Positions 12,395-24,514 of a stretch of 64,000 nt of DNA are shown here, one piece after another. A program made the position numbers and the translations under genes. Every line of letters starts with the position of its first letter. Position 1 is the stretch's first letter. The notes beneath the pieces were generated by a model. The model was not told the DNA's origin. It was given only the letters and a program-made list of their open reading frames with translations, and searched no databases. Source of the stretch: Octopus vulgaris (Eukaryota); the NCBI GenBank assembly GCA_951406725.2, contig OX597826.1:14880001-14944000 (forward strand), written 5' to 3'.

Positions 12395-12735
12395 TATTGC
12401 TAAATAACCATGACTTCGGCTATTCAGGGATCACACTTATTATTATATCCGCTGTAAGGTTTGACGTATGTCATTATGGAGCATTTGAGAGTGTAACAAG
12501 TTGAGTCAAGCGTTAGTTTATTGATAAGCTGATATAACGCAGTACTGTTAGATTTTGTGTGGGATTTGAAGCTAGAGTAGTGATTGCTCACTCTAGCTTT
12601 GAAGGTGGTGCTACATGTGCTGGTGTAAATGTAGTTGCAGTTGTTGGTTGATACAGTGCACTTATAAACCATATTTCTAGTGAGACAGCAGTTGTCTAAA
12701 GGACAGATAAATATGGTACCTATGTTGAGGCACAA
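12395..12735 (-). pseudogene. Penelope-like element GIY-YIG endonuclease fragment
   Basis: CPLDNCCLTRNMVYKCTV...YIYTSTCSTTFKARVSNHYSSF...NSTAL...KPY...KCDP*IAE matches the PLE pattern CPL.G.CL...VY......YIG....FK.R..NH..SF...ST.L...PY....C.LC..EK. Confidence 0.8.
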
Positions 12736-12816
12736 GAATTTAGTACGGTATTATCCATACAATTTCAAAGTAAGATGATTAAAATCAAAATAAGCAACAA
12801 GGATATCCAGAGGTAA

Positions 12817-12902
12817 TGCAGTACGATCGTTTCATGCAGCTCCATTTAATTTAACAATGCAATCATTGTATCAATTTAAATGCAGAGCAATCCTCAGCTG
12901 CA
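12817..12902 (-). ncRNA. Type-I hammerhead ribozyme motif with long stem II (left arm of hairpin)
   Basis: TGCAG-CTGAGGA-TTGC...GCAT-GAA-ACGATCGT-A-CTGCA: 5-bp stem I, canonical core, palindromic stem III and GUA site. Confidence 0.8.
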
Positions 12903-13060
12903 CAAAGACATAGAATCTAATTACACTAAAAGCATAGAAACTACTATGCTGGAGTGAAGGCAGCATGTTCTTTGTCTATCTACTTAACTTCTTGGAGATT
13001 TTAGGTATAATTATACTAATGTGTCCATCTGTTTTAATGTAATTAAATTCTATGTCTTTG

Positions 13061-13145
13061 TGCAGCTGAGGATTGCTCTACATTTAAATTGATGTAATGA
13101 TTGCATTGTAAATTAAATGGAGTTGCATGAGACGATCGTACTGCA
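13061..13145 (+). ncRNA. Inverted copy of the hammerhead motif (GAA mutated to GAG)
   Basis: TGCAG-CTGAGGA-TTGC...GCAT-GAG-ACGATCGT-A-CTGCA. Confidence 0.65.
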
Positions 13146-13176
13146 TATCCTTTTTGCTTATTTTGATATATATAAA

Positions 13177-13402
13177 TTTCTTTATTGCCCACTAGGGTCT
13201 AAACATAGAAAAGACAAACAAGGACAGACAAAGGGATTAAGTCGATTACATTGACCCCAGTGCGTAACTGGTACTTATTTAATCGACCCCGAAAGGATGA
13301 AAGGCAAAGTCGACCTCGGCATAATTTGAACTCAGAACGTAACGGCAGACGAAATACCGCTAAGCATTTCACTCGGTGTGCTAACAATTCTGCCAGCTCA
13401 CT
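13177..13402 (-). mobile_element. SINE family B (tail type 1)
   Basis: Reverse complement of the 20569-20798 copy. Confidence 0.9.
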
Positions 13403-14326
13403 GTCCTAACCAGCTCGCCGCCCTGAAAAAAAATATATATTCTGATATATATATATATATAGTCCGGTTATTAGAGAGAGAGAGAGAGAGAGAGAAGTAT
13501 ATACACACATGCACACGCGCTCACACACAACATATAAAAGATTATATATTATATTTTATTATACGCGCGTGCACACACATAAGGTATGTGTGTAACGGAA
13601 CATCTTCAGTTAATAAGAAGACTATCAGTATGATCTTGCCAATGGTTTTCAGAAAATTCTCTCCTCCGGATATGTTTAACGAAGACAAAACAACAAGGAA
13701 GGCAGAGACACCAACAACAAGTTTACGTGAATATACGAAGACATACGACACATACTGTGGTTTAATTTAAACGCAAGTTGAGGGATGTCTCTGTATCTGC
13801 GAGTAATTTACATGTGTGTATACATGCGCTTAGATACGTGCACACTTGTATACGCATGCAACCACACACAAACACATATGTGTATATGTATATGCACACA
13901 CTAACAAACACATAGATATACGCACACAAACACACGCGCACACCACACACTCTCATAGATATATGTATATGTATGTATACTTATGTGTATGTGTGCATGT
14001 GTGTGTCTATTTGTGCTTCCCAAAGTAAAACTTCATTACTGTTTGAGTTTCAATTCATTAACAATTATTTTCGACTCATTACATTAAGTACATTTTTATG
14101 CAGAAGACAATTTTCGCTTCGTTTCTCGATGTCACTGTTTCTATTTGCCTGATCAGTGAATTCTTTTCGCAACAAAAGCCATGTACTTCGGTTGTTCTGA
14201 GGCTTTGGTAGCTGTGAGTGGTCTGAGCTTCAATGATTTACAAACAACACATGTTCGGCGCTCTTGCAATTCCTAATAAATATGTTGAGTGCTTATATAT
14301 GTACACACACACACACATACATGCAT

Positions 14327-14357
<31 letters not shown>

Positions 14358-14359
14358 TC

Positions 14360-14407
<48 letters not shown>

Positions 14408-14409
<2 letters not shown>

Positions 14410-14705
14410 AGGCGCAATGCCCCAATGGTTAGGGCAGCGGACTCGCGGTCGTAAGATCGCGGTTTCGATTCCCAGACCGGGCGTTGTGTGTGCTTATTGA
14501 GCAAAAACACCTAAAAAGGTCCACGAGGCTCCGGCAGGGGATGGTGATCCCTGCTGTACTCTTTCACCACTCTTTCTCTCACTCTTTCTGCTGTTGGCTT
14601 GCTCGCTTAGCCAGCGGGGTGGCGTCATTCGAAGGCTAAAACAATGCGAACGCATTGTGACCAGCGATGTGTAGCAACATCTGATGGTCTGGTCGGTCAC
14701 GTGGT

Positions 14706-14710
<5 letters not shown>
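14408..14710 (+). mobile_element. tRNA-derived SINE, family C
   Basis: GGAGGCGCAATG...GGTTAGGGCAGCGGACTCGCGGTC...GGTTTCGATTCCC head, homologous to 48800-49094 and 60625-60830. Confidence 0.88.
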
Positions 14711-14777
<67 letters not shown>

Positions 14778-14996
14778 GTATATATATAGTGTGTGTGGCA
14801 AAGTTGGCGGTTTGATTTGCAGGTATAATACATGTAACGGGTTTCCGCACATTTTCCGGGGACACAAACAAGACTTAGATCTACCCTCGGTCGTGACAGA
14901 TGACGTCCGGACAAGATGCCGTAGACTGCAGTTCGATCTTGGATACTGTGATTTCAAATAAATCTTTTAGCCGCTCGGCCTTGCATATGCCAAGTA

Positions 14997-15194
14997 CGAT
15001 GGAGTGCTGAAAACTTCTTAGCTTTAAGGGTATCTCGAAAGGCCTGTTTGGTGGCCCAACCTTCCAATTTCTTTTACAGGGCTCAGAAAAACTGAAGGAC
15101 CGCTACATTAAATATGTGAATCTGAGAGGGGAATATGTTGAATAAAAATCATAATTAAATGATCCTCCTGTATTTTCCTTTCTACATTTTCTCG
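14997..15194 (+). mobile_element. Mariner-derived MITE
   Basis: TA followed by a CGATGGAGTGCTGAAAA TIR-like start. The interior encodes ...EKLKDRYIKYVNLRGEYVE*, a mariner transposase C-terminus. Confidence 0.7.
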
Positions 15195-15213
15195 TACATA
15201 TATATATGTGTGC

Positions 15214-15447
15214 AAGGCGGTGAGCTGGCAGAAACGTTTGCACATCGGGCGAAATGCTTAGCGGTATTTCGTCTGCTGTTACGTTCTGAGTTCAAATTTC
15301 GCCGAGGTCGACTTTGCCGTTCATCCTTTCGGGGTCGATAAATTAAGTACCAGTTACGCACTGGGTTCGATGTAATCGACTTAATCCATTTGTCTGTCCT
15401 TGTTTGTCCCCTCTATGTTTAGCCCCTTGTGGGCAATAAAGAAAACA
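15214..15447 (+). mobile_element. SINE family B (tail type 1)
   Basis: Full head, core and tail ending GGCAATAAAGAAA. Confidence 0.9.
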
Positions 15448-16316
15448 TATACGTGTGTGTTTCTCTGCGTCTGCATGTCTCTCTGTGTGCGCGCGCGTGT
15501 GTGTAGCACGTGCATGCCTGTGTGCGTATGTGGGATGTGCGTATGCATGCGTGAGTGTATGTGTGAGTGTATGTGTGCACGTGCGTGCGCGGGCGCGGGT
15601 GTGTACATGTTCTTGTGTTTGTTTTAAGAACTTCCTCGACTACAGACAGATTATTTTGCGAATGTAATTGTCATTCGGATTAAAAATAATAACGGCAATT
15701 TTCAGCGGGGGTGGAGATTTCTGATGGCTCTAAAACGAAATAGATATTAAAATTGTGTTGGATTGTTTTCTTTCGTTTCAAATTTATCTTAGAATCCACA
15801 TTTTCTGGAACTTTCCAGATTATGAATAAGAATTTCTAAAACACACACAAAAAAAAATTACCTTTTTTTTTTATATATTAGCAATTTCACTCAATCTTTT
15901 ATAACAGTATTTAACACAGAAATAAAGATAAAGAGATAAATTATTGCTGCTACAAAGAAAACGGTTCTGTTGCGCAGCTGAAGAAGAGTGGGGTGGTGTA
16001 TGCGCGGCGCGTATGACTTCTTCAGAGAGACTGTGAAAGAGAGGAAGATAGAGACAGTAAGGGAGAGAATGCATCTGTATCTATGTGTGGGCGCGAAAAC
16101 CATAATTTTCTTCTTGTTTTATATTTTTTTTATTATTCTGGGATGAGGAACAGTCATTTGAAGTAACATGAAAAATTGCAACCAGACAGACATGCAGATA
16201 GATGCATAGTTGGTGGATGGATGGATGGATGGATGGATCAACAAACAAGGACATACACGCGTATATGTTGTGCGCCTGTATTTGTATGTACATACGTGTG
16301 TATATGTGTGTGTGTG

Positions 16317-16391
<75 letters not shown>

Positions 16392-16547
16392 ACATATGTA
16401 AATGCACGATCCAATTACTTATATGTCATAGACTGATAAGAGAGTACATATATACATATATAGATAGATAGATAGATAGATAAATAGAGAGAGAGAGAGA
16501 CGGTGGGAGAGAGAGCTAGCTAGCTAGCTAGCTAGCTAGCTAGATAA

Positions 16548-16600
16548 GTTTCTTTATTGGCCACACAGGGCTGCACACAGATGGGACAAGTTACAAGGTA
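16548..16600 (-). mobile_element. Putative LINE (L1/Tx1-like) extreme 3' end
   Basis: Minus strand TTGTCCCATCTGTGTGCAGCCCTGTGTGGCCAATAAAGAAA resembles the SINE-B type-1 tail. Confidence 0.5.
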
Positions 16601-16607
16601 TAGATAT

Positions 16608-16743
<136 letters not shown>

Positions 16744-16744
16744 C

Positions 16745-16828
<84 letters not shown>

Positions 16829-16829
16829 C

Positions 16830-16890
<61 letters not shown>

Positions 16891-16891
16891 T

Positions 16892-17031
16892 GTTTCTTTA
16901 AATAGGGATCGTTATCACAGAAATGTGACTGCAGTTCGGTCATGGAGACGAGCTGCGGGAAAGCGTGCCTCACAAACGGCGACCACACCTGTTCACCGTC
17001 GTCTACATAGAGCCAGAGATGCCGCAGTCTC
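16892..17031 (-). mobile_element. Putative L1/Tx1 ORF2 internal fragment
   Basis: GC-rich island in GATA repeats; the minus frame reads RLRHLWLYVDDGEQVWSPFVRHAFP, resembling the post-RT L..LW....W region. Confidence 0.35.
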
Positions 17032-17064
17032 AGAGATAGATAGATAGATAGCTAGCTAGCTAGC

Positions 17065-17144
<80 letters not shown>

Positions 17145-17187
17145 AAGAAAGAAAGAAAGAAAAATGGATAGTTAAAAAAAGACAGAC

Positions 17188-17258
<71 letters not shown>

Positions 17259-17505
17259 CAGATAGATAACATAATTTGGTATGTGTGTGCGAGTCTGTGT
17301 GTAATTATAGGTGAGTGTATTTTTGTGCCCTCCTTATGTGTGCGCATATATATTCATTTCCGACTCTGTCAATACGTGTATCAATATGTATGTACTTTAC
17401 CTGCCGACCGACGCGTATGTGTGTTAATAATTATACATATGCAAACGTAAATGTATTGAAAGGTATATGTGTGTACACGAGTGTAACAGTTTGTGTGTGT
17501 GCGTA

Positions 17506-17587
<82 letters not shown>

Positions 17588-17909
17588 TATATATATACAT
17601 ATTTGTATGTGTTCCGACCTTTTACATATGTGCGTGTTTTCGTTTATGGGTGTTCGTATCCGTGTATACCTACGTGTTTCCAATTTTTAAGCTTAAAATT
17701 GGAAATTATAATCTTAATCCTTTGCATAAATAAGTTTTTCTATTTAAACTAGAAATTAAACTTTACATAACTGCATTATTTTTAATGCACGCACATATAT
17801 GTATGTGTGCATGTATCTGAGGACTCGTGCGTGTATATCTATGTATGTAGCTAGAAACACACACACACACATATACAATATATATAAACATATATACATA
17901 TATCTACAT

Positions 17910-17950
<41 letters not shown>

Positions 17951-17962
17951 AATATATATATA

Positions 17963-18172
17963 GTTAATCCAAACAAGAAAGCACAAAAAAACACAACAAC
18001 GCGAGAATGTGGAACAAATATAGTATTATTGGACGCTCAAGAAAGAAGGAAAGAAGGAGGGTTTAACGTTTCGAGCGGAGCTCTTCGTCGGAAACACAGG
18101 AGAAGGAAAGATCCAGAGCAGGGAAGACAGAGGAAAAAAATCGCCAACGGTACACACGAGGTCACATTTTGA
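17963..18172 (-). mobile_element. Penelope-like terminal repeat family P1 with hammerhead (18061-18095, U4C)
   Basis: Minus strand GTTT-CCGACGA-A-GAGC-tcc-GCTC-GAA-ACGT-T-AAAC, ending at (TA)n. Homologues at 21993-22172 and 59120-59217. Confidence 0.75.
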
Positions 18173-18827
18173 AACACCGGAAGGAAAACGCACATATATT
18201 GCAGTGTATCGTGTATACTATGACACTCTCTTGGTGTTTGGAATCATCAAGAAAGACGTAGACCAGTACTTACTACCGAATTTTATATCAAAATAAGCTT
18301 TTCCTAATGCTGACATATCGCCCCGTAGTTTTTCAGCGCATCGAATACTATCTAAGAATTTTTGAATCTCTCTCTTGCCTATCCATCACGTCCTCAAGAA
18401 AGCAGACGACCAGTGCTTAGATCATTGATGTCAGAGGCTCAACGACACTACTGTATACAAATTGAGAAATTTAATATATCTATTTAGTTATTATTTTGGC
18501 ATTAATTTCTAGAGAAAGAATTCATTTGGTTCATTGGCTGAATATTCGTCGTTAATACCGACTGAGAATTGACATTATTTAGTTGTTTCACGCTACACAA
18601 ATTATAAACACAAGTATATATTTTGCAAACAATAGTGGGGAAACCTATGTTCTGTCTGTGACAAGGACTAATGAAAGACAGTAAGCTACTAATTTGGAAT
18701 CTATAAATCTTTGTTTTCGTTTCACCTAGAACTGACCTGTCTCTAATGGAATGGTCATATTTACAAAGACGAATACATTCTTGACTTTCGACAATTCAAT
18801 AACTGCGTATGTCTTTATTTATGCATT

Positions 18828-18843
18828 TATGTATGTATGTATG

Positions 18844-18874
<31 letters not shown>

Positions 18875-19195
18875 GCATGTATGTATGTATGTATGTATGT
18901 ATGTATGTATGTGTGTATGTATGTATGTATGTATGTATGTATGTATGTATGTATGTATGTATGTATGTGTGTATGCATGTGTGTGCTTGTATGTATGTAT
19001 GTATGTATATACGTTCGTACGTATGTATCTATGCGTATCTATCTATATATGTGTGTGTGCATAAGTATACGCACATACGCCCGCACGCGTGTATATATAT
19101 ATATATATATATATATACATACATATATATATATATATGTATGTATATATATATATGTATATGTATATGTATATATATGTATATATATAGAGATA
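18828..19195. repeat. (TATG)n/(TA)n microsatellites
   Basis: Direct inspection. Confidence 0.95.
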
Positions 19196-19358
19196 TAGAT
19201 GTGTGTATTTTTCCCGTGTTAACAATTAACACGGAAAAATAGATAAGTAGTTACCCGGGGAGCAAAAAATCACACAAGTAAAAAGGTTGTAACTCCTTGT
19301 TTTTAAAGGTAGAAACTTCGGGTTTACCTGAAATATTTTGTATAATATATATAAATAA

Positions 19359-19600
19359 ATAAATGGAGTTAAACGCAGGTGTTATTCAAATTCTTTTACT
19401 TCCGACACGTGTTTCGAAGATATCATTGGTGTTATTTCAAAGGAATAAAATGGTGTAAAACAATGTAATCTTCATTTCCCTGGAGAGAAGATTATATTGT
19501 TTTACACCATTTTATTCCTTTGGAATAATACCAATGATATCTTCGAAACATGTGTCGGAAGTAAAAGAATTTGAATAACACCTGCGTTTAACTCTATTTA
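19359..19600. repeat. Near-perfect hairpin (~115-bp arms) of a PLE-like terminal repeat; further copies at 19842-19935 and 36052-36155
   Basis: 19359-19473 is the reverse complement of 19487-19600 and contains the GAA-ACAYGTGT-C hammerhead half. Confidence 0.9.
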
Positions 19601-20568
19601 TATATATATATCTAGCAGGTGGTGGTTGTGACACAGGGATGTGCTGAAGACAAATATGAAGACAAATATTTCCCCTGGGCCCTGTGAAGAGAAACCCTTG
19701 CAGCGCGATGAATGACACCGATTGCTGAACCTCATATATGCATTTATTGAGAAAAATAAACAGCGAGAATAGGAGAAGGCACTTGAGAGGCGTCACTTCC
19801 CCTTAACTTCGCCTGCATCAAATGTCATCACTGCTGCAGGGGTTATTCAAATTCTTTTACTTCCGACACGTGTTTCGAAGATATCATTGGTATTATTTTA
19901 AAGGAATAAAATGGTTTAAAACAATGTAATCTTCATTTGGAGCCGACATACGAACCTGCCAGAGATGCTTTCTGAACAGAACAGTCAACGCGTATATGTT
20001 GAGCGGTCACTTGATCCTTTTTACTGGAGCACAAGGACTCAAATTTGGGGGAAGGGATTAAGTCGTAACTGATACATTTTAATCGACCCCGAAAGCAAAG
20101 TCGACCTCGACAGAATTTGAACTCAAGACGTAGCGACAGACGAAATACTGCTAAGCACTCTGCCCGGCGTGTTAACGTTTTCTGCCAGCTCGAAGCCTTT
20201 CGGTTGTAAACAATAAATGAAAAAGATATCTTTCCTGTTCTTTCCCTTATCCTATGTACAGCCATTCACCCTTCAGGTGCTAATACAGATATTTATTGCT
20301 TCAGATATGACTATCATTTATGGAATAGGAATTACAGAGCTACGTTTTTCCTAGCAGATCCCGAGTTCAGTCATTATTTAATCCAGTTAGATGAATACTT
20401 ATGTTGTTGCTCCAGTAATAATGGGTAAACTGAAGGCGTATTTTGTGTTGTGTTTTCTTGACACTACACAAAATACGCTTTGTGATAGGTATTACCTAAA
20501 CACCTCGTACAGAACGTATGCTTAAACATACGCACGCACAAACACATACACACACTTGATGGTACCTT

Positions 20569-20798
20569 AAGGCGGCGAGTTGGCAGAATCGTTAGCACGC
20601 CGGGCGAAATGCGTAGCCGTATTTCGTCCGCCGTTACGTTCTGAGTTCAAATTCCTCCGAGGTCGATTGCCTTTCATCCTTTCGGGGTCGATAAATTAAG
20701 TACCAGTTATGCACTGGGTCAATGTAATCGATTTAATCCGTTTGTCTCTCCTTGTTTGTCCCCTCTGTGTTTAGCCCCTTGTGCGTAGTAAAGAAATA
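20569..20798 (+). mobile_element. SINE family B with TSD GGTACCTTA(A)
   Basis: Full-length copy; direct repeat at 20561-20570 and 20799-20808. Confidence 0.93.
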
Positions 20799-21177
20799 GG
20801 TACCTTAACAGATGGGAACTGTGTAGAAGCGCGTCTGATTTGATGACCCTTTAATTTAAGGTCCACTCTTCTCAAACTGTGTTGCACTCATTCTACTTAT
20901 AAGTGAAAGTGAAATATCCATCCACCTACCACGCTTGTTCGGTGAATAGTTCATTCAGTTCACTGAACAACTGGATACTCACGCGTCGAAAGTTAGGAGA
21001 AACTCCGTTAGATATACAGATAAATAGATATGTTCATAAGTTTCCATCGAAAAATCTTGCCGTTGTCGTCTCTTGGGTTTTGGGCCCAGCACAGCTCCTC
21101 TGCGCAACTCTATTCAACGAGTAATTAAGCAGACATATAACATATTTTTCCTTACATTGTCTGTTCTGGGTTGTATT

Positions 21178-21560
21178 AGTTAGTTAGTTAGTTAGTTAGT
21201 TAATTTGGCTCAAAAGCAAATAGCAAGGCCATGTAGGGGGCCATGGAGTTAAGTACAGGGTGATGTTCATGTAAAGAGTTCAGGCCAATTGAGGTCAAGG
21301 GAGGCTTTGAACAAAGCGGTCGTCGGCATCTTCACCATCTCGTCTGGCAGCTTGTTCCACGGATCCGCAACCCGGACGGAGAAAGCTCCTCTCCTTTGAT
21401 TGAGATGAAATCGTCGCAGGTAGAGCTTTTCGAAATGACCCCGCAGCCGACGCTCTGGAGCAGGAGTGAAGAACAGCTCTTTCGAGAGGTTACACTTTCC
21501 GCTTATGATGCTGTGGGCGAGAATGAGATCACCACGGCGGCGGCGTTTTTCAAGAGATCA
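21178..21560 (-). mobile_element. CR1-clade LINE 3' end
   Basis: SLEKRRRRGDLI...RLRGH..KL...RRGAFSVRVADPWNKLP...FKASLD, followed by a 3'UTR and (AACT)n tail. Confidence 0.85.
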
Positions 21561-21575
21561 TCCAATATATATATA

Positions 21576-21970
21576 CTAGCAGTATCGCCCGGCGTTGCTC
21601 GGGTTTGTAAGGGAAATAACTATGTAAGCATTTTTAGAGAGTTATAGCCAAAAAAAAAGAAAAAAATGCATTAAAAATGGAAAAAAAATGATGGTAAATT
21701 TTTTTTAAATCATTGACTCATCGTAGACATTTTTAGAGAGTTACTTCCCTTATATAATAGCGAAAAATGCATTAAAAGGGGAAAAAATGATGGTAAATTT
21801 TCTTTTAAATCGTAGACTCATCGTAGATCGCGCTAATACCCAGACGGGCTCGATATGAATCTCGACTATAAGATACCCGGTTTTGGTTAAACTGCACCGC
21901 AAAATGTGGGAGTAGTTAGGAATCTAAATCGTAGGTGACAGACACACAACTTCACTTTTATATATAAAGA
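21576..21970 (-). mobile_element. Non-autonomous Helitron
   Basis: Minus strand starts TC(TTTATATATAAA) and ends with a CCCG..CGGG hairpin then CTAG, inserted between A and T. The same 3' end occurs at 40440. Confidence 0.75.
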
Positions 21971-21992
21971 TATATATATATATATATATATA

Positions 21993-22166
21993 TTTCCTCC
22001 GTCTTCCCTTCCTTGAACCTTCTCTTTTTCTATGTTTCTGACGAAGAGCTTTGTTCGAAACGTTAAATCCTCCTTCTTTCCTTCCTTTCCTGAGCGTCCA
22101 ATAACACTATACTTGTTCCACGTCCTCACGTTGTTGTGCTTTCTTTTTGTGTTTTCATGTTTGGTT

Positions 22167-22172
<6 letters not shown>
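21993..22172 (+). mobile_element. Penelope-like terminal repeat P1 with hammerhead (22034-22068)
   Basis: GTTT-CTGACGA-A-GAGC-ttt-GTTC-GAA-ACGT-T-AAAT, flanked on both sides by (TA)n. Confidence 0.78.
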
Positions 22173-22201
<29 letters not shown>

Positions 22202-22709
22202 CGTTTATTTACTTATTTCTATGCATTGCACTGTTTCAAATGTATAGAATATAGTAACTAGACAAAAATATGCTGTAGAACTGGGATGTTAATTTTCTTC
22301 CTGAAAGGCGACATTTCACTCTGCCAATGCTCCGTGAGTGACATCTGTCACTTCACATCCACAGATGCAAATTTTACTGTTTCTCTTCATTTGTCATTAT
22401 AACATCACCTAGAAGCAAATCAGTTCTATAATTGTTTCCCTAGCACAGCATAACATGCGATCTTGCTCATTTATAGACCTAGGTTACTGACATGTGATTC
22501 ACGAGAATTATTCATAACTACGTGGTTCCGGTTTCGATATTACTGCGCAGTACCTTAGCTAAGTGTTTTCTACTAGTGTTCAGTTTCTTAATAGTACTAC
22601 TTGTAGTGTTCAATTTCTTAATAGAATTTAATTGCGACAACTATACAGATAGACAACCTCTTAAATAGTCTTTCTGTGTCTATCACGGTCTGCTTTGAAT
22701 TCAATACAT

Positions 22710-23150
22710 GGATCTTTTCGGTTTGAATGGCACTTTTTTCTAGCGGTGTCATATGAAATTGTCACCCATAATTATGAACTTAGTATCGATCTATTGCATT
22801 TCAATCTGTTTTAGGGTTAGGGTTAGTTAGGGTTAGGGTTAGGGTTAGGGGTGGGGGGAAGGGTATCTTTTTTTCTTCACAAATGTAAATAAACCCACTC
22901 TGTTTCTTAAACGAGGGACATATTCATACGGCACAGAATGTTTTTTTTAGCTCAATAGACGTCAGTGATTGGTTGAAATTGCAGATATTGAAGAAAACAA
23001 ACAACAAATATCTTACAAACTATAGAATTTTCTCAATAAAGCCAAGAGAAAAAGATGTTTTATAAACACATTCTACCAGTATACGAAGTTTAAATTTTTT
23101 TAGTTACCTAGAAATTATGTTAAAAACTGCCGTTCAAACCGAAAAGATCC
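22710..23150. mobile_element. Non-autonomous DNA transposon with 8-bp TSD and internal (TTAGGG)n (Merlin-like)
   Basis: TIR GGATCTTTTCGGTTTGAAYGGCA; TSD CAATACAT at 22702-22709 and 23151-23158; TTAGGG repeats at about 22811-22848. Confidence 0.85.
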
Positions 23151-23259
23151 CAATACATTAAATTTTCGTTAATCACAATTCCGGCGTTTTTCTTCTTCTT
23201 CTTTCTGTTTTTCTTAATTTATTTGTTTCTGCCTACATGAAGCCGTACACATTATCAAA

Positions 23260-23826
23260 ATGGCGAGCTGGTTGAATCGTTAGCACGGTGGACGAACTGC
23301 TTAGCAGTATTTCGCCCGTCCTAACAGCGAAACATTGAAGTCGATGTAAATCGATTTATCCCCTCCCCACAAATTTGAGGCCTTGTGCCTCCAGTAGAAA
23401 GGTTTATTAAAAAGCACACCAAAGGCGATGAACTGGTAGATTCGTTTCGCGCCCAATCAAATACCTAATGACATCTCTTCCGGTTTAACGTTCCGAGTTC
23501 GAATTCCGCCGAAATCGACTTTACCTTTCGGCTTTTTGGTGGTCGATGCGATGAATACCAGTCATGCACTGGCTCGTTGTAATCAAGTAGCACCCTACCA
23601 CAAAATTTCAGGCCTTTTACCTAAAGTAGAGAGTATTATTGCACGCCAGACAAACCACATTTCTTCTGGCTTTACAAGATGAATTCAAAATCCGCCATGA
23701 TCGACTATTCCTTTAATCTTACGAAGTCCATGTAATAACTATCAATCCATAACTGGTGCTGATGCAGTCACCTAGCCTCCTCTCAATAAAATGTCTGCCT
23801 TTGTGTCTATAGTGGAAAAAATTATC
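23260..23826 (+). mobile_element. Three tandem degenerate SINE-B copies (tail type 2)
   Basis: Repeated GGCCTTGTGCCT..AGTAGAAAGG-like tails at about 23400, 23630 and 23815. Confidence 0.7.
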
Positions 23827-24336
23827 AAGGAGCACTCTAAAAATAACCGTTATTTATCACATTTCTTTCCCCCTACATGAAATAACCAACAGAATTACAA
23901 GGGCTGTGTTTTTAGAATCATGTATATTAGAATTATGTATAAAGTCTTATCTTCAACAAACTCCACGAACCTTCAATCAACGTTTCCCCTTCTAACTCTC
24001 CCATCCAGTTAGCTACTTATATAAACACACACGTTTAACATAGAATAAATATTTGACTAAATAAGCGATATTTAAAAACATATAAGGCTTATTTACATAG
24101 CTTTAATACATTATTTATAAGGTTCGTTCATCGAATCCCGAACAACAACGCAAAAATATGTTAAATATTTCTTGGATTACGAAAAGATTTACAAAACAAC
24201 CCAGCTATATAAATAAATCTTTCTTTCTTCTTAGAACCTCGGCCTCTCTCGAAATCCGCAACCCAGTCATGCATTAATCTGCATTCTATTTAAATTTCCC
24301 TATCATCGCATTCTAATCAGATTTTTAAAATTATAA

Positions 24337-24357
24337 CACACACACACACACACACAT

Positions 24358-24404
<47 letters not shown>

Positions 24405-24422
24405 CACACAAACACACACACA

Positions 24423-24506
<84 letters not shown>
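24337..24506. repeat. (CA)n microsatellite
   Basis: Direct inspection. Confidence 0.97.

Positions 24507-24513
<7 letters not shown>

Positions 24514-24514
<1 letters not shown>

Larger units (their letters stand above)
12784..13168. repeat. Inverted repeat (~150-bp arms) of a PLE terminal repeat
   Basis: 12784-12935 is the reverse complement of 13030-13168, adjacent to the GIY-YIG fragment. Confidence 0.9.

Noticed and set aside
14408-14480. tRNA gene-like sequences (also at 4623-4698, 5702, 20569, 61329)
   Set aside because: They continue into SINE bodies and lack a complete cloverleaf and terminator, so they are SINE heads.
15960-16100. CpG-containing patch with an E2F-like GGCGCGAAAA as a promoter
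   Set aside because: A single short motif with no supporting exon or TSS evidence.
22811-22848. Telomere or chromosome-fusion site
   Set aside because: It is a short array internal to a TIR/TSD-bounded MITE.
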